NCBI RefSeq assembly: GCF_018350175.1
Contig: NC_058379.1
Coordinates: 2,976,001 to 3,040,000, forward strand
Direction: 5' to 3'
Source of the DNA: Felis catus
Lineage: Eukaryota
Length of the DNA: 64,000 nucleotides
Each line of letters opens with the position of its first letter. Position 1 is the first letter of the stretch. The position numbers were made by a program, and so were the translations under genes. This document shows positions 14,161-27,453 of the stretch, one piece after another. The notes under the pieces were generated by a model. The model had not been told where the DNA came from. It saw only the letters and a list, made by a program, of their open reading frames with translations, and made no database searches.

Positions 14161-15639
14161 CACTCTGACCCCCTCCGCGGGGCTGGCGTCGAGGCGGACG
14201 GCTCTCCAAACGCTGCGGCTTCTGGTAAATGAAAATGCAGATTGAAGGGGCCCAGCACAATCCAATTACACTCTTACACGGTGTAATGTGGTCTGTGCAC
14301 CGAGACAATGTTGACACATGGTGACAAAGTGCACTGTGTGCTAAGTATCTCTCCTTCAGGACCCGAAAGGATTTTCAGATAAATCACACGTGCAATTCCC
14401 TGCTAAAAGCCTGCTGACGGATGGTGGTAAGTGAGAGCCGTGGCAGGCGAGCGTATATCCCGGCTCCCTCTGGGCTGCAGCGGGGAAAATTGCTCTGTCC
14501 TTTTTTTTGGATCTCACGTGTGCATTCAGATGTCAGCTTCCTGAGGGACGCCCACCGTGGCTCTGGGCTGAATGAAAAAGGTTGACTTTTCCTTTCCCCT
14601 AGTAGTCAAATGCAGCCCCAAGGCCATTCCACAAAAAAAGAAGTCGCGTGAAACTCTTGCATTCATGCAACAGCATCAGTGGGCCAGTTACTTACTGGCA
14701 TTTACTGGGCACCTACCGTGTGCTAGAAACTACCGCAGGCTTGGGCGATGGAACAGTAAATGTGACAGGTGGGACAGGAAACATCACATACTTGCTCTCT
14801 GGGATGTTAATCTAGTGGGGGCAGGGAGATGACCTCAAAACACATTTCAGATCGTTCTCCGTTACAGACAGGAGATAAAACACGTTACGGGACGAAGACG
14901 GAGCCGACCCTAGATGCTTCGGCCATTTCGCTTTTAAAAATCTGGATTTGTATCCCCTTTTGAAAATTCGGACACTGGCGAAATGGGGCTGACAACCCAA
15001 CCTGGCCCTGGTTGGAAACGGTGGGTTTGCTATTGCCGCCTCCAGGCAGGACACCCAGATTGTCTCCCTGACCCAGAGTTGCCATTTGTGCCACAACTTT
15101 CCGTATAATGGAGGAATATTTCTCCCTGCTCATGACTCTACGCAAAAGTGAGAGAGGCAAATGTAGGCTGAGGGGAGTGCTGTGTTCGCAAGGCAATTAG
15201 GGGAAAGTATATTGCTCTATGAAACAGAGAATAACAGCCCTGTGGTCTCCCAGGAAAACAGAGACGTTGTTGTCTAACACACGCAACCCCAGAGGCCACC
15301 ACCCCACAGCCTGTAACGCGATCTCTGCCCAGAGCTCAGGAAGGAAGAAGCCGTGTGAAAGTCTTGACGGGATGATTTTTCGGCCGGTGTCTTTTATAAT
15401 AAAGAGCTGCCACCGGCTGTCCCTCGCACCCGGCCTGCGCCCTCCCCTCTGCCCCCCGCGGGGCCCCCTCGAGCCAGGAAGCTGCCCAGCTGCTGACTGA
15501 GGCCAGGCCCCCGGGGAACAGGAACCGGGCTCACCCGTGCCTCCTGGAGGTTGCGGCTTCACGGCCCCTCGGTGCCCGGGACGTGGCCGACCGACTGCCG
15601 TCAGGGGCCTCTCTCTGCTAGGCTGCCTTCGTCGTCCCG

Positions 15640-16016
15640 GACCCGGGCTCGGACCGTAGAAACTTCCCGTCTCCCCGCCTGGAGGCCGCAAGTGCCGGAT
15701 CAGCCGTGTCAGGGGCGAGCAGGGTGGGAGGCCTCTCTCCAGCACCTGCTGCTCTGCTGGCCGTCTTTGGCATTCCCGGGCTCGTAGTGGCCTCACCCCC
15801 TCCCGCCTTCATGTTCCCGTGGTGTTTGTCTGTGTCCAGATCCCCCTTTGGTCAGGACGCCAGGCGCATCGGAGGCCCCCCCCTCCGTAAGCCCTCATTT
15901 TCACCAATCGCCTCTGTAAGAACCCCAAAGACCCCATTTCCAAATAAGGTCCCCTCTCCCACCGAGGGTTAGGACTTCGGTGTATGAATTGGGCAGGACA
16001 CGTTTTGACCCGTAAC
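15640..16016. mobile_element. MLT1 (MaLR) solo LTR remnant
   Basis: Typical motifs ctggaggc...aag, ggcattcc, atttccaaataaggtc...gggttaggacttc...atgaattgg. Confidence 0.75.
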
Positions 16017-16689
16017 CATGACCTCTGGCCAGAGGCCCGGCAGCTACACTTGCGAGCACGTCGAGGGCAGCTGACGGTGACACAGGCCAATCCAGAACCG
16101 GGCACAGGCCCAGCGGGCTTCCACGAATGCGTCCACAAAAGCCTTGCGTCCCTCTATCCACACCCGCTTTGCAAGTGGGGTGGTGCCAGGACACCCTGGA
16201 AATGTGAGGGGACGCGTATCCTCTCCCTCTGGGAAGGCTCGTAACTGAATTAACTACCCCGATGGGCGCCTCGCGGGTGTGGTCATTAGCGCTTCCCTGG
16301 GGGACACCCTCCCCCCCCCCCCACTGTAGCAGCAGCCCTCGCGGCTGTGGCAGGATGGGGGTGAACTGGGATGCACCCGCGGGCGGCCTGTGTCCCCCCA
16401 GTCCAGTGGTGATCGAGGGCCTGGGTTTGCGCCGGGGGTGACCGGGGGGGGAGGGGGGTGATGGAGCGATGGGGAGGGGGAGAAGGACGTTGTGGCCAGA
16501 GGTCTAACGGAAGTCTGACTCGGATCAGTGGACGCCTGCTCAGGACCAAAAGGCCCCCCTCTCTGCCGCGCGCCTGCCCCCGGCCCTGGCCCCGATGCTG
16601 GGTATGTGGGAAAGGACGCTAATCTGCGTATCGTACGTGTGTGGACAGGAGCGAGAAAGGTACCGGAAAGGCTAAGTGACTCTGGGAGG

Positions 16690-17079
16690 TGTGTTCATTT
16701 CCCTGGGGCTGTCGCCACAGCTCCCATAACCTGGAGGCTTCAAACAGCAGGAACCGACTGTCCCACCGCTCTGGAAGCCAGATGCCCCCAAATCAAGGTG
16801 CGGGCACACTTGGTTCCCCCTGAGGGCTGTGACCATGCCTCCTCCCTGGCTTCTGGTGGTCCTCATGATAGCCTGTCACCACACCGCCTTCTCCTTGTGT
16901 CTCTGGGTCTACATTTTCCCTTGTTAATAGGGTCTGCAGTCACCCCGCTCCAGTATGACCCGATCTGAACCCAGTTCCATCTGCCAAGACCCTCTTTCTG
17001 AACAATGTCATATGCACAGGTTCTGAGGGTTAGGACTTCAGTATCTCTTCTGGGGGGAGGGACAATTGTACCCACTCCA
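16690..17079. mobile_element. MLT1 (MaLR) solo LTR remnant
   Basis: ggggctgtc...ctctggaagccag...aaatcaaggtg...ctggcttctggtgg...ttctgagggttaggacttca...ggacaatt. Confidence 0.8.
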
Positions 17080-17444
17080 GGGACAAAGTAGTCCCCTTGG
17101 GAGGGAAGGAGACCTGTCTGGATGTTTGCTTTAGTGAGGATCTTTTTATCACAAATGATATTTCAAAATCTTTTAACTGGACTTCGGAAAGGAAAATAAA
17201 AAATTCGGAACAGGCACAGAATTTATTATTCCAGGGAGCACGTCGGACTCCCAGACAGTTGACCCAAGGGTCCTGTGTCTTACCCTCCCCAAGTCCCAGC
17301 TCTGCACCTGCCCGTTTGACTTCATTCTCAGGCAGAGCTCTTTCACATGGGGCCCCCAGAAGCTCCAGCCTCGTTGGTTTCCCAGCTAAGAATCTCAGAG
17401 TAAAGACAGTGACTGTCCGGATGCCTTCAGAAAAAGTCATTCAG

Positions 17445-17660
17445 GGGGCACCTGGGTGGCTCAGCCAGTTAAGTATCCGACTTGGGCTCAGGTCATGATC
17501 TCATGGTTTGGGTTCGAGCCCCACGTCGGGCTCTGTGCTGACAGCTGGGAGCCTGGAGCCTGCTCCGGATTCTGTGTCTCCCTCTCTCTCTGCCCCTCCC
17601 CTGCTCGCACTCTGTCTCTCTCTCTCTCAAAAATTAATAAACATTTAAAAAAAAAGAAAA
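17445..17660 (+). mobile_element. Can-SINE
   Basis: ggggcacctgggtggctcag...ttcgagccccacgtcggg...A tail; TSD agaaaaagtc on both sides. Confidence 0.95.
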
Positions 17661-18314
17661 AGAAAAAGTCGCTCCGTTGACCCCTGCAGGCCAGCTTGGG
17701 TCACGAGCTGAAGCTAAAAGGAATCTGCCACCTGTAAGATGTAGTGACCCAGGCCTTGCTCCTGGGTGTCTCCCTCCAGGCCTGGGAGCTGGCGAAGGGC
17801 TAAGTCCCCGCCTAAACCACAGGGGCTCACAGGAGAGAGAGGACGGTTTCCGAGAGGAAAACCAAGACTCGCGCCTTAAGAATGGATCAGCTCCCGCAGA
17901 GCAACTGAGGCCGCTACTGTTTCCTTGCCTTTTCTGGAACCGTATGCAGGAGCCCAGAAGACCGAGGGCCAGGCTGAGGAAGCAAGAGCAAGCCCCCTTC
18001 ACAGATGGCTGCAGACACCCTCCACTCTCCGGCTGGGCGCCGCCCCCCCAGGGTCTTGCGGGGCCACACGCTGCCTCTTTCCTGGTCGGCCAGACTTTGG
18101 GCTTCCCGTGGCTGCTGTTCCCTGATGGCCCATCAGGTCGGATCCACCCGCCATGCTAATAGCTCAGAGCACCCTGGCCAGCGTTTGGTTTATTGGTTTA
18201 TAACTTTAAAGGCTCCTGCCTTGCTCTACTCTGCTCCCTCTGCGTCCAGAGCATTTCATGGCTCTTGGATGAATCTACTAGGTAGACACTTCACTGTTTG
18301 CTAAATGAAAATGA

Positions 18315-18870
18315 ACAGGGTGACCTTTGAAAAGCATCAATCGCGTCACTCCCAGCTTCAAACCCTCCAGTGACGCCCACACATCCTCGAATGGAGTCCC
18401 GGAGTCGGGACTGTGGCCCGCAGGCCCAGGGTGATGTGGCCTCACCCGTCAGCCTGCCCCCACCCAGCCTCTGCTCATCTCTCTCACGAAGTCCAGACCC
18501 ACTGGTCTCCTTCAGTCTCGTCCTCCCACAAAAGAGGCTCGTCCGCACCTCGGAGCCTCTGCCCTTGTTGCCTCCTCATCATTGGGGCCCCAGCTCCTCT
18601 GGCTCTTCCTCAGGCCCGCTCCAACCACCTTCAGAGCAACCTCATGCTCTCCTGTCAGCCCTCCCCACCTACAATCCCCTCTTCTGCCTACCATGGCTTC
18701 CAGAACACTCTGGAGCTGTCCTTTCTAAGTATTTCCTTTCTTGCTTGTGTCTTCCCTCGTAGATTATCTTTCCAGAAGAATAAGGACCTAGTCTAACCTG
18801 TTCTATGCTATATTCCCTGTGACTAGAGCCATGCCTAGCAAGAGTCAGCAGTCAATAAGCATTTTCTGGA
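18315..18870 (+). mobile_element. L2 LINE 3' remnant
   Basis: gtcactcccagcttcaaaccctccagtg and tattccc...tagagccatgcctagca...tcaataagcattttctggatg resemble L2 3' end motifs. Confidence 0.65.
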
Positions 18871-19136
18871 TGGATGGATGGATGGATGTCTGTATGTTTG
18901 CATGGATGGATGGGAAGAAGGATGGATGGATGGATGGATGGGTGTTTGATTGCATGGATGGATGTCCATATAGATGGACAGATGTGATGTGGATGGGTGC
19001 ATGGGTGGATGGATGGTTGGATGGATGATTGGATGGGTGGATGGATGGATGAGAGGTGGGTAGACAGATGGACAGATGACTGGATAGTTGGATGGATGTT
19101 TTTATGTTTACGTGGATGGATGGAAGGACAGATGGA
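18867..19136. repeat. Degenerate (GGAT)n microsatellite
   Basis: tggatggatggatgg... over ~270 bp, directly at the L2 3' terminus. Confidence 0.95.
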
Positions 19137-22100
19137 AAATGAATGGCTTACAGATCAGGGAAGATAAAGGCATGGTCTAACAAATTAAGGTGGTATTTAG
19201 TGGGAACCAGAAAACCAAACTACAACTAGGGGAACTTTAAAATAGAATCTAATTGTTGCCCCATGTGGATGTGACACCAGCATCTTCCTCTGGGCCAATA
19301 GGGAAGTCCAGATTTGGTCTTCAAGGGAGGGAAACTAAAGGCGCTGCAATTCCTGTCCTCGGGAGACACGCAGATGATGATACCTCTTCTCGTCTTTCTA
19401 TAGAGACCTTTCTGGCTTGCTCTGAAGGCCTAAGCTTCGGTGAACAAAGCATGGTATGAGTTCAGTATCCCGCTTCTTCCCAGATTAACCTCACCGGACA
19501 GACGTCTCAGTGTTCTGCCAGTTGTGTTGTGTACAACCTATCCCCAGAGGCTGCTGACAAAGAGAACTTCTCTGGCTCTTTCTCGTCCCCACGGACAGGA
19601 AGGGGGTCCCTTCTTTTCCAGCCCCCAGGTACTTGGACATGATTGGGCATGGGGGCGTCGGGGGGCTCACAGCCTGCCCTGCACTGCACTCGGGGCCACG
19701 TGACTGGCACCAGCAAGGACTATGAAGGGTAGTGACAGTGCGGGTGGGGAAGAGACAGTGGGAGTTCTCCATACTCTCTCTTACCCTGTTTTGGTGACCC
19801 AGAAGCCACATGCTGACATGGGGCACAAGTCAGAGCAGCCTGGACCCCCCACCCAGAGGGCACCGACCCTCCCACACCCCTCTTGACACGAAAGAAGCCT
19901 GTGTTCTGTTACATCACCGCAGTTACGGTGTAATTTTTAGTGTCGCAGCAACCTGGTTGATACAATATCGTAATACGATATGTTCATCACATGCCGCTTG
20001 GTTCACTGAGCCGCTGGATCCCTGAGAGCAGACCTCCATGCTGAGGCGGGAGCTCCGAGGGCAGGAGGAGGGCACTGGATTGCTGCCAGACCAGCCACTT
20101 CCCCACCCCCATCAAGGGTCTGCATGACCTAGATGCCCCCGTGGGCTGGGCCAGGAAGAGCAGGACGAAGGCACCACCTAGAGACAGGAGTGTTCTCTGG
20201 AGTCCTAATCTTCATTCTGATGCCAACGTGGGGAAAACACTGGGGACCCGCTTGTCGGCCTTTCATTGCTGCTGCAGGCTAATCAGTCAGCCAAGAACTG
20301 TGCCTGCTTTGCTCTGCCTGTGACGGTGTCACCCAAGAGCCCGACTTCCCCCAACGGCCTGGGTGCTGGCTGGTTCTCCGGCCACACCGCCGGCCCCCTT
20401 CCGCATCCGCCCTTTGGAGCCGCGTGGACATGGGGTGCAGGTGTCATGGCGCTGGGCTCTCACTCAGGACTGGGCTCTCCCACTCCTCCCCAGGGGCAGA
20501 CGTGGGCAGACTTCCAGGCTCAGACCTTGGCGTGGCCTCAGCTGCTTAGAGGACAGCTGGGGTCACTCCCTTGTCCGTATTTGCAGCCTTTTGTGGTGCT
20601 GCCGTGACCCTGTGATAGAGCCAGGGGACGGACACAAGTCCCTTCACCACCCCCAGCCTCAGTTCACCACCTACAGTGCGGAGAGAACGTCGCTTGGCCT
20701 GGGCACCCCTTGCAAAGCCCTTGCGGACGCCTTGCTTCTCACACCTGTGCCCTAGAAGCTCTCACCTGCTGGAAGCCACCTCCCTGTGACCCCAGCCAAG
20801 TCCTACGGCTGAGTGTATGCTTTCTGGTGCACTACGCGGGGCTTTGCCATAGCAGGCGAGCCGGTCCCACGGGAGGACCAGGCTGCCTCGTTAAGATGGC
20901 GGGAGCGATCCCGTAGGTGTCGCCATGGGACCTTGGCCAAGCAACAAGGTCTTCTTGGCGTGGACACAGAACGCTGCAGCCCGCGGTGAAGACGGCCGAC
21001 TGGCACTGGGCCTGGAGGACCCTTGGGGCTTGGGGGCCGTGGGGCATCCTCTCGGGCTGTGAGCCTGGCGCTCGCTCCCTTCCAGCCCAGTGGGTCTACA
21101 GGGCAGCTGGAGTGATTTAAGGTCCCCAGCCGGCCACCTTCTCGAACGTTGTGCCCCTCTACCAAAACACACTGTGGTCTTTCAGCCTTAAAACGAACGG
21201 GAAGGGCGTGCTACTCCCCGGAAGACAGGGACACCGGTGAAAGTGGGAGTTTTGTCCCTTCCCAGCACGTACACAGACGTCCCGGAAGATGAGATCCTCG
21301 TTTTCCTTTTAGCGCCTTCCTTTTTTCCCCACAATCTTAGGAAAATGTCAACCCGAGAATATCTACCGAGTCACCAGATTCAGCTGAATATCCCACTGAT
21401 ATCCCAGATTTTTCCTTGCTCCCAAAAGGAAGGAGCGTAAGTCTTGAGGGTGATCTGGGCTCCCTCTGTCCCCTCTGTCCTGAAGGGGCACGGTCCTCAT
21501 GCCCCGTGTCCTTCCTTCGTCCCGCCTGTGCCCTGGCCCCACTGGCTGCCATCAATGTGCCACCGCATCAGGTGCCTCTCGCTGATGACTGTGGATCTCT
21601 ACGCTCCCAGTTTTAAAAAGCCTCAAGGAATATGCAAAACTCAGTGTTCTCCTTAAGGTATTTGAAAATAACTGTGGTTGAGAGAGAGAGAGAGAGAGCG
21701 AGAGAGCTCACACATGGGTTAAATAACGAGCCTGTGGTCCAAACAGTCCCCCAATGGTGTTTCAGTGGATGCAGGGCCGACTCTCCCCCCACGGAAACAG
21801 ACAGCAACCAAACCACCGTGTGGAGCAAGAGGGTTTCAGTGAGCGCTTAATGGGGCAGGACCCACCTTCCCCAAGGCGGGGTGCTTCTGCACCCAAGCTA
21901 GTAGCATGTACTCATTATTCACTGCCGCATAACAACACCCCCCAAACTTAGCAGCTCACAGCAATGCATACTTATTACTCATCACAATTTCTGAGGGTCA
22001 GAAATCTGGGAGCCGTCCCTCGGGGGATTATGGCTCAGGGTCTGTCGTGATGCCGGCTGAGGCTGCAGGCATCTGTCAGTTTGGGGCTGGATGATACACT

Positions 22101-22390
22101 TTGGGGTGGCTCGCCCACTTGTCTGGAAACTTAGTGCTTGTTTGAAAGTCTTGAACATTCCACTCTGCTAAAGTTTTGCTGGAGTGACCTCACAGCTTGG
22201 CAGTCAGCTTGCCCCAGAGCCGGAGATCCGAGAGACAGCAGGAAGGGAGCCACAGTGTGTTTCATGACCCAGCTCTGGAAGTCACATGTCATCGTTTCTG
22301 GTATTCTGGTCACACAGATTAGCTGTATGTAGTATGAGAGAGAACCACACGAGGCCCTGAATACCTGTAGGTAAGAACCACAGATGGCCA

Positions 22391-22831
22391 GGGCACCTGG
22401 GTGGCTCAGTTGGTTAAGCGTCTGACTCTTTTTTTTTTCAATATTTATTCTGGGAAGACACAGAGATAGAGTACAAGCAGGGGAGGGGCAGAGAGAAAGG
22501 GAGACACAGAATCCAAAGCAGGCTCCGGGCTCTGAGCTGTTAGCACAGAGCCCGATGCGGGGCTCAGACCCACGAACCATGAGACCATGACCTGAGCCAA
22601 AGTCAGGCGCTTAACTGACTGAGCCACCCAGGTGCCCCGAGCGTCTGACTCTTGACTTCAGCTCAGGTCATGATCTCATGGTTTGTGAGTTCAAGCCTTG
22701 TGCTGGGATCTGCACTGATAACTCAGAGCCTGCTTGGGATTTTCTCTCTCTCTCTCCTTCTCTTTCCCTCTCTCCCTCTCTCTCTATCTCTGTCTCTCTC
22801 TCAAAATAAATAAATAAACTTAATCAAAAAG
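22391..22831 (+). mobile_element. Older Can-SINE (outer), split by an inserted SINE
   Basis: gggcacctgggtggctcagttggttaagcgtctgactctt continues at 22640 as agcgtctgactcttgacttcagctcaggtc through to the CT tract and A tail. Confidence 0.92.
22431..22638 (-). mobile_element. Can-SINE (inner), inserted antisense into the outer SINE
   Basis: Full SINE on the - strand; TSD agcgtctgactctt at 22417-22430 and 22640-22653. Confidence 0.95.
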
Positions 22832-24445
22832 AAAGAATCTTAGAGGGCCATCTTGCAGACTGGAGATCACAACCCTTGCAGGTAGGTTCTGTCCAACTAT
22901 TAACAAAACTGACCTTCTCCATATTGATGAGCTTATATCCAACTGCTCAGAAAACCACTAAGGAAAGGGAATATCTCTTTCCCAGTGGTTCCAACAAGAG
23001 TCCAGAAAGGGAGTCATTGGTCTGGTTTGAGTTAGGTACCCATCCTTGAACCACTCACCAGATAACCAGGGGAAAATGGGAATCTTCCATTGGCCAAACT
23101 TTGACCCTATACCCACTCCTCAGCAGTGGGTTGAATCCTTCCCGCCCAAATCACATGATACTCCTCTTGGAAAATTCAGGTAGATTTTCTTATTTCCATA
23201 AAAAAGGGGAACGGATAGAGAACAGGGAAGATCAACCAAGGTCAAGTAAGGCTCTGGTTGCCCCTTCAGAGAATGAAGAATTGGCTGCCGGCCCTGTTCC
23301 TCACTCACCAAGTAAATCGATGAGCATCGGACCTTCAACTTGGGGACCTTTCGTGTGGGATGAAGGGGAGAGGAGACCTCACCGCTGCCTCTCTGGGCTT
23401 CCTGGGCGATTCACCACACAGTAGGCTGCTCTGTCTCTTTCCAATTGCTGAGATGGTTTAAAGTATATGAAGGCTTTGAAAATCATACCCAGCCTGTCTA
23501 AATGCTCCTCAAATAACTGAGCCGTAATCAATGTGTGCAATTAAAATTGTCCATTTTTTGATGTATAATTGTACAGACAAATAGCCTGAGCCATACGCGT
23601 CAATATATAGATCTTGGCAAGGAGGATGACATATTACCAGCAGCTATTAAGCATATTGTACCCACGCTCGAGCAGGGCTAAGCAATTTGGGTCAGTGGAT
23701 ATGGATTGAGAGAGAGAGCCTGGTCTTGAGCTGTAGACGGAAAAGGTCAAAGGGATTTACTCAGAGTCACATGGCCTGTGAGTGGCAAAGCCAGGGTTTG
23801 AACCCTGTCTCCTGACTTCGCACCCAGTGCTTGTTGGTTAGGGCCACTGTATTATCCAGCCCCGTTTCCTAGTGACAGTCCAAGTTATTAGGGGATGACC
23901 TCAGTTGTGTGCATTCTCGGTGGGACAGTAAAGACAGGTGGCTGACCTTCTGCGCAGAAGTCAAAGATCACCTGGACGCCCCTTGACCCGGAGCTTTTCT
24001 ATCACACCTGGGGGCCCAGCCAGCAGGTGCACTCACATTCTAGGCTTGGTTAACCAGGCACATGCTCTCTCGGGCCATTACCTCTCAAACAAATGACCAA
24101 GGACAGAAGGGGCTGGTGAAATGCATCCATTCTCTCGGGAGCTGCTCAGCCCATGTGTCCCTGCTTGGGACCTTTCCTGCCACTTCTGCTTCCCAGTCTC
24201 CAAAGCTACCCTGCTCCCTGCCTGTGTCCTCTCTCCCCAGTGAATTTCTGAGCTTCCAGTGGCCTTCCAGAAAATTTTACTTTGCTTGTATTAATGAGTC
24301 AGTTCCTTGCCTTCAAACATTCTACCTGAAAACAAACAAACAAACCGATCTTCCTATTATATGTTTCCTGATAATAATGGGGCATTTCTGGTCTCCGAGT
24401 ATTACAGCCAGGCCACAGTCATTTGGGATCTCTGACACTTATGGG

Positions 24446-24645
24446 TTTTTTTAATGTTTATTTATTTATTTTTGAGAGAGAGAAAGAGAGATGGAGGGGC
24501 AGAGAGGGAGAGAGAGAATCCCAAGCAGGCTTTGCACTGTCAGCACAGAGCCTGATGTGGAGCTCGATCCCATGACCCATGAGATCATGACCTGAGCTGA
24601 AATTAAGAGTCAGATGGTTACCCGACTGAAACACCCAGGCACCCC
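24446..24645 (-). mobile_element. Older Can-SINE
   Basis: Poly-T/tttattta tail, gagaatcccaagcagg..., ends acccaggcacccc. Confidence 0.92.
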
Positions 24646-24727
24646 TGCTCTGATGCCTTACATTTTGATTAAAGTCCCATATCAGGGTACAAGCTAAGCT
24701 TCTAGGAAAAAGAAAATACATTCATTA

Positions 24728-24925
24728 CATCCTTTCTCAACCTCAGAATTATCAATATTTGGGGGCTGCATAATTTTTTGACCATTGAAGGATGTTTTAC
24801 TGTGCCGCTGGCCTCGGCTCTCTAGGCACCTGTTGCAACCCCCTCCTTGTCTGACAACGGAAAATGCCTCCAAACGTTTCCAAGTGTCCCATGGGCAGCA
24901 AAATTGCTTCTGGCCAAGAACCTCT
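24728..24925. mobile_element. MER20-like hAT-Charlie DNA transposon remnant
   Basis: tttctcaacctcag...atttggggg...ataattt...tgacaac..aaaatgcctccaaac...tgtccc...caaaattgc...aagaacc resembles MER20. Confidence 0.75.
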
Positions 24926-26943
24926 CCTCCACTGAACCGAGCCCTCGTTTCTGCCTCCAGGGAGAAGTAAAAGGCAGAGGAGGGGAGGGAGCAATTTCCC
25001 TTCAGATGGACGTGACCCTGGAGTTGCACCCCTCTCTTGCACTCACCTCCCATTGGCCTGGACTCGTCCCCACCCACCCTGAGCTGCAAGGGACGCTGGG
25101 AAGTATCACCACCCGGGAAGCCATGTGCCTAGGTCAAGTTTGGGGGATCCTTTCACGCAAAGGAAGGCGGGAAGAATGGATTCTGGGGACCACGGGCAGT
25201 CTCTGCTCAGGCCCTGACCTCTCGGAAAGCCCATCTCATGGGATCTTCCAAAGGCAGTGCCGAGAAGGCCCGTGAATTCCAGTTACCTTGGCTGGGTATG
25301 TGTGGAGAGGATTGTGTGTTATCACATGCACGCACACACACACACACACACAGACACAAATACACACCATGTGTATATCTTCACATGCACATAAATATAT
25401 TTCTGCATTATTATATATTTATACACACCTCTGTATTTTATTGTGTCCCCCCCTCCCCAGAGGCAGAGGAACCTAGAACAGGTAGCGGTTGTAATAAGAG
25501 TCACTCGGTATTATCTTTAATTGGAGAAGCACATCCTTATGCAGTGCAGTAAGGTCTACGGGCTAAGAGCGAGGGCTTTGGGGGCCTTGGGGATGGGTCT
25601 GGGCTGGCTGCTACCACCACCCCATCTCACAGAAGAGGCAGTTAGGGACAAGGAGGGCACAGGCTTTGGGATCACATTGTCTCTGGTGTGAACCTAGGTT
25701 CTGCCGCCTCCCAGCCCTGGGCCTTTGTTCACTTCCGGTCTCTGATGGTCAGTTGTTTCCATGGGAAGTAGGGAAAATACATGCACAGCGTAGGGGTGGG
25801 GGCGAGGACGGCTGGGCAATGAAGCCCACCGCCTGGCTATAGTAAGTGCTCAGTAAACAGGTATTGCCATCATCGTGGGTATGTCCAGGTCCGTCTTTCG
25901 TGGGTGTCGGGGTGTGGATGACGGCCCTGGGCTGTGTCAGCAAGTCCCAAAATCTACCCGGAGAGCGTTTAGGGAATGCAGACGGAGAGACCCCCCCCCC
26001 CCCAAGAAATGTCAACTTGGTGGATCTGGGGCAGGGGGCCTGAGGGCTGGTATGTTTAAAAGCTTCCCTCAGTTGACCTTGGTAGATGGCTGGGTTCCTT
26101 CCAACTCTGAGATTTTATGTTCCAATTCTGTACCTTCCCTCTCTGCTCTTTTATTTTCATGCCAGAAACCCCAGCGCCAGCCCCTTCTCTGCCGTTAATA
26201 AGCGTTTATGACTCCCCGTTATCCCTTCTCCTTCCAGGCCTGATCAATAGCTTTCCTCTTAGCCTTTGGCATGCCTATGCATGCGCCGGGCTGGTTCCCA
26301 AGGTCGGAGATGGGCGAGGAATTTTCCTCTTAAACGGTAGCGCTGACCTGTGGGGCGGGATTTGGGGTGCTCTGCAGTATCGAACCGTCAGGCAGCGATT
26401 TGATTTACTGCATCCCTTTGCTCCGCGTGCATGGCAGGGCGAGACCCGGGAGGAGGCGCACTCAGTGGAAGGCGCGGGAGGCCCATGCTGACTCCCGCAG
26501 AAGTGTGCTGAGCAAATGGGTTTGGCACAGAGACGGCCGCGGGCCCAGGACCACTGCCTCTGATGACGAACGAGCCTTCGGGAGCAGGTCTCAAGGAGCT
26601 CTGTTCTCGTGCGGGGCCTGCGTGTAGTTGTTTAGATATCTCGCCAAATGACCCTCCCTCTCCCCCGCCCCCGCCCCAGGAAAGAGAAGATTCCTTCTGC
26701 GAAGCACACTGGGTATTTGATCCTCTCTCTGGACCTGCACGTTTGCACAAAGACAGATGGGGATGTGCAGATGTTTCTTGCAGAGCTCTGGGAAGTAACA
26801 AAACACTGGGGACAACCTAAATGTCTGTCAACAGGGAACTGGCCATGGCATCCACGGGGCTCCCTTGAAGGCAGGCTGGGCTCCGCAGGCCTTCTGTAGA
26901 CACAGAAGCGTCTCCAAGGCTCCTGGGTCAGTTACTCCACTGG

Positions 26944-27453
26944 TGTGACTGCCTCATTGCAGAAAGGGGTTCCAGGTCTCCTGCCTGTGTGCACACGCCA
27001 TTTCCAATGTGACTTGCAACCCCGTCTATCAAGAGGCGGAGCGTTATTTCTACGCTCTTTGAACTTGAGCTAGTCTTCTTGTTTGGTGGGGGTGACGTTG
27101 GACCGCCCCCCCGCCCCCCCAGGCCTTAACAGCCCTGCTCCTGGTCACCCTTTGGAAGCTTCTCCCTCCGTATCAACAAGCCCAGGCCAGCCTGCTGGGG
27201 AGTGCATCATGTAGACTAGTAGAGGCGATTGCATCATCCTAGCCAAGGCCCCAGACACCAGAGTCTGGTCAAAATCGGCAAAGTCAACCTGACGATTGAC
27301 TCACCAGCTGACACAGGAACAACAGTAAGCCCGGCCGAGACTAGCAGAAACGTGCAGCCAATGCACAGATTCGTGAGCTGAACAAGCATTTATTAACTTA
27401 AGCCATCAGATTTTCATGCCTGGATGTAAATGTAGCAGTGGCTAACTAGGACA
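26944..27453. mobile_element. MLT1 (MaLR) LTR remnant
   Basis: TG...CA bounded; caatgtgacttgc...atcaagaggcggag...ttaagcca...tagcagtggctaactaggaca. Confidence 0.7.

Larger units (their letters stand above)
21905..22871. mobile_element. MLT1 (MaLR) LTR interrupted by two nested SINEs
   Basis: Starts ...cataacaacacccccc aaacttagcagc...tttctgagggtcagaaatctggg; resumes after the SINEs as gggccatcttgcagactgg...caca. Confidence 0.7.
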
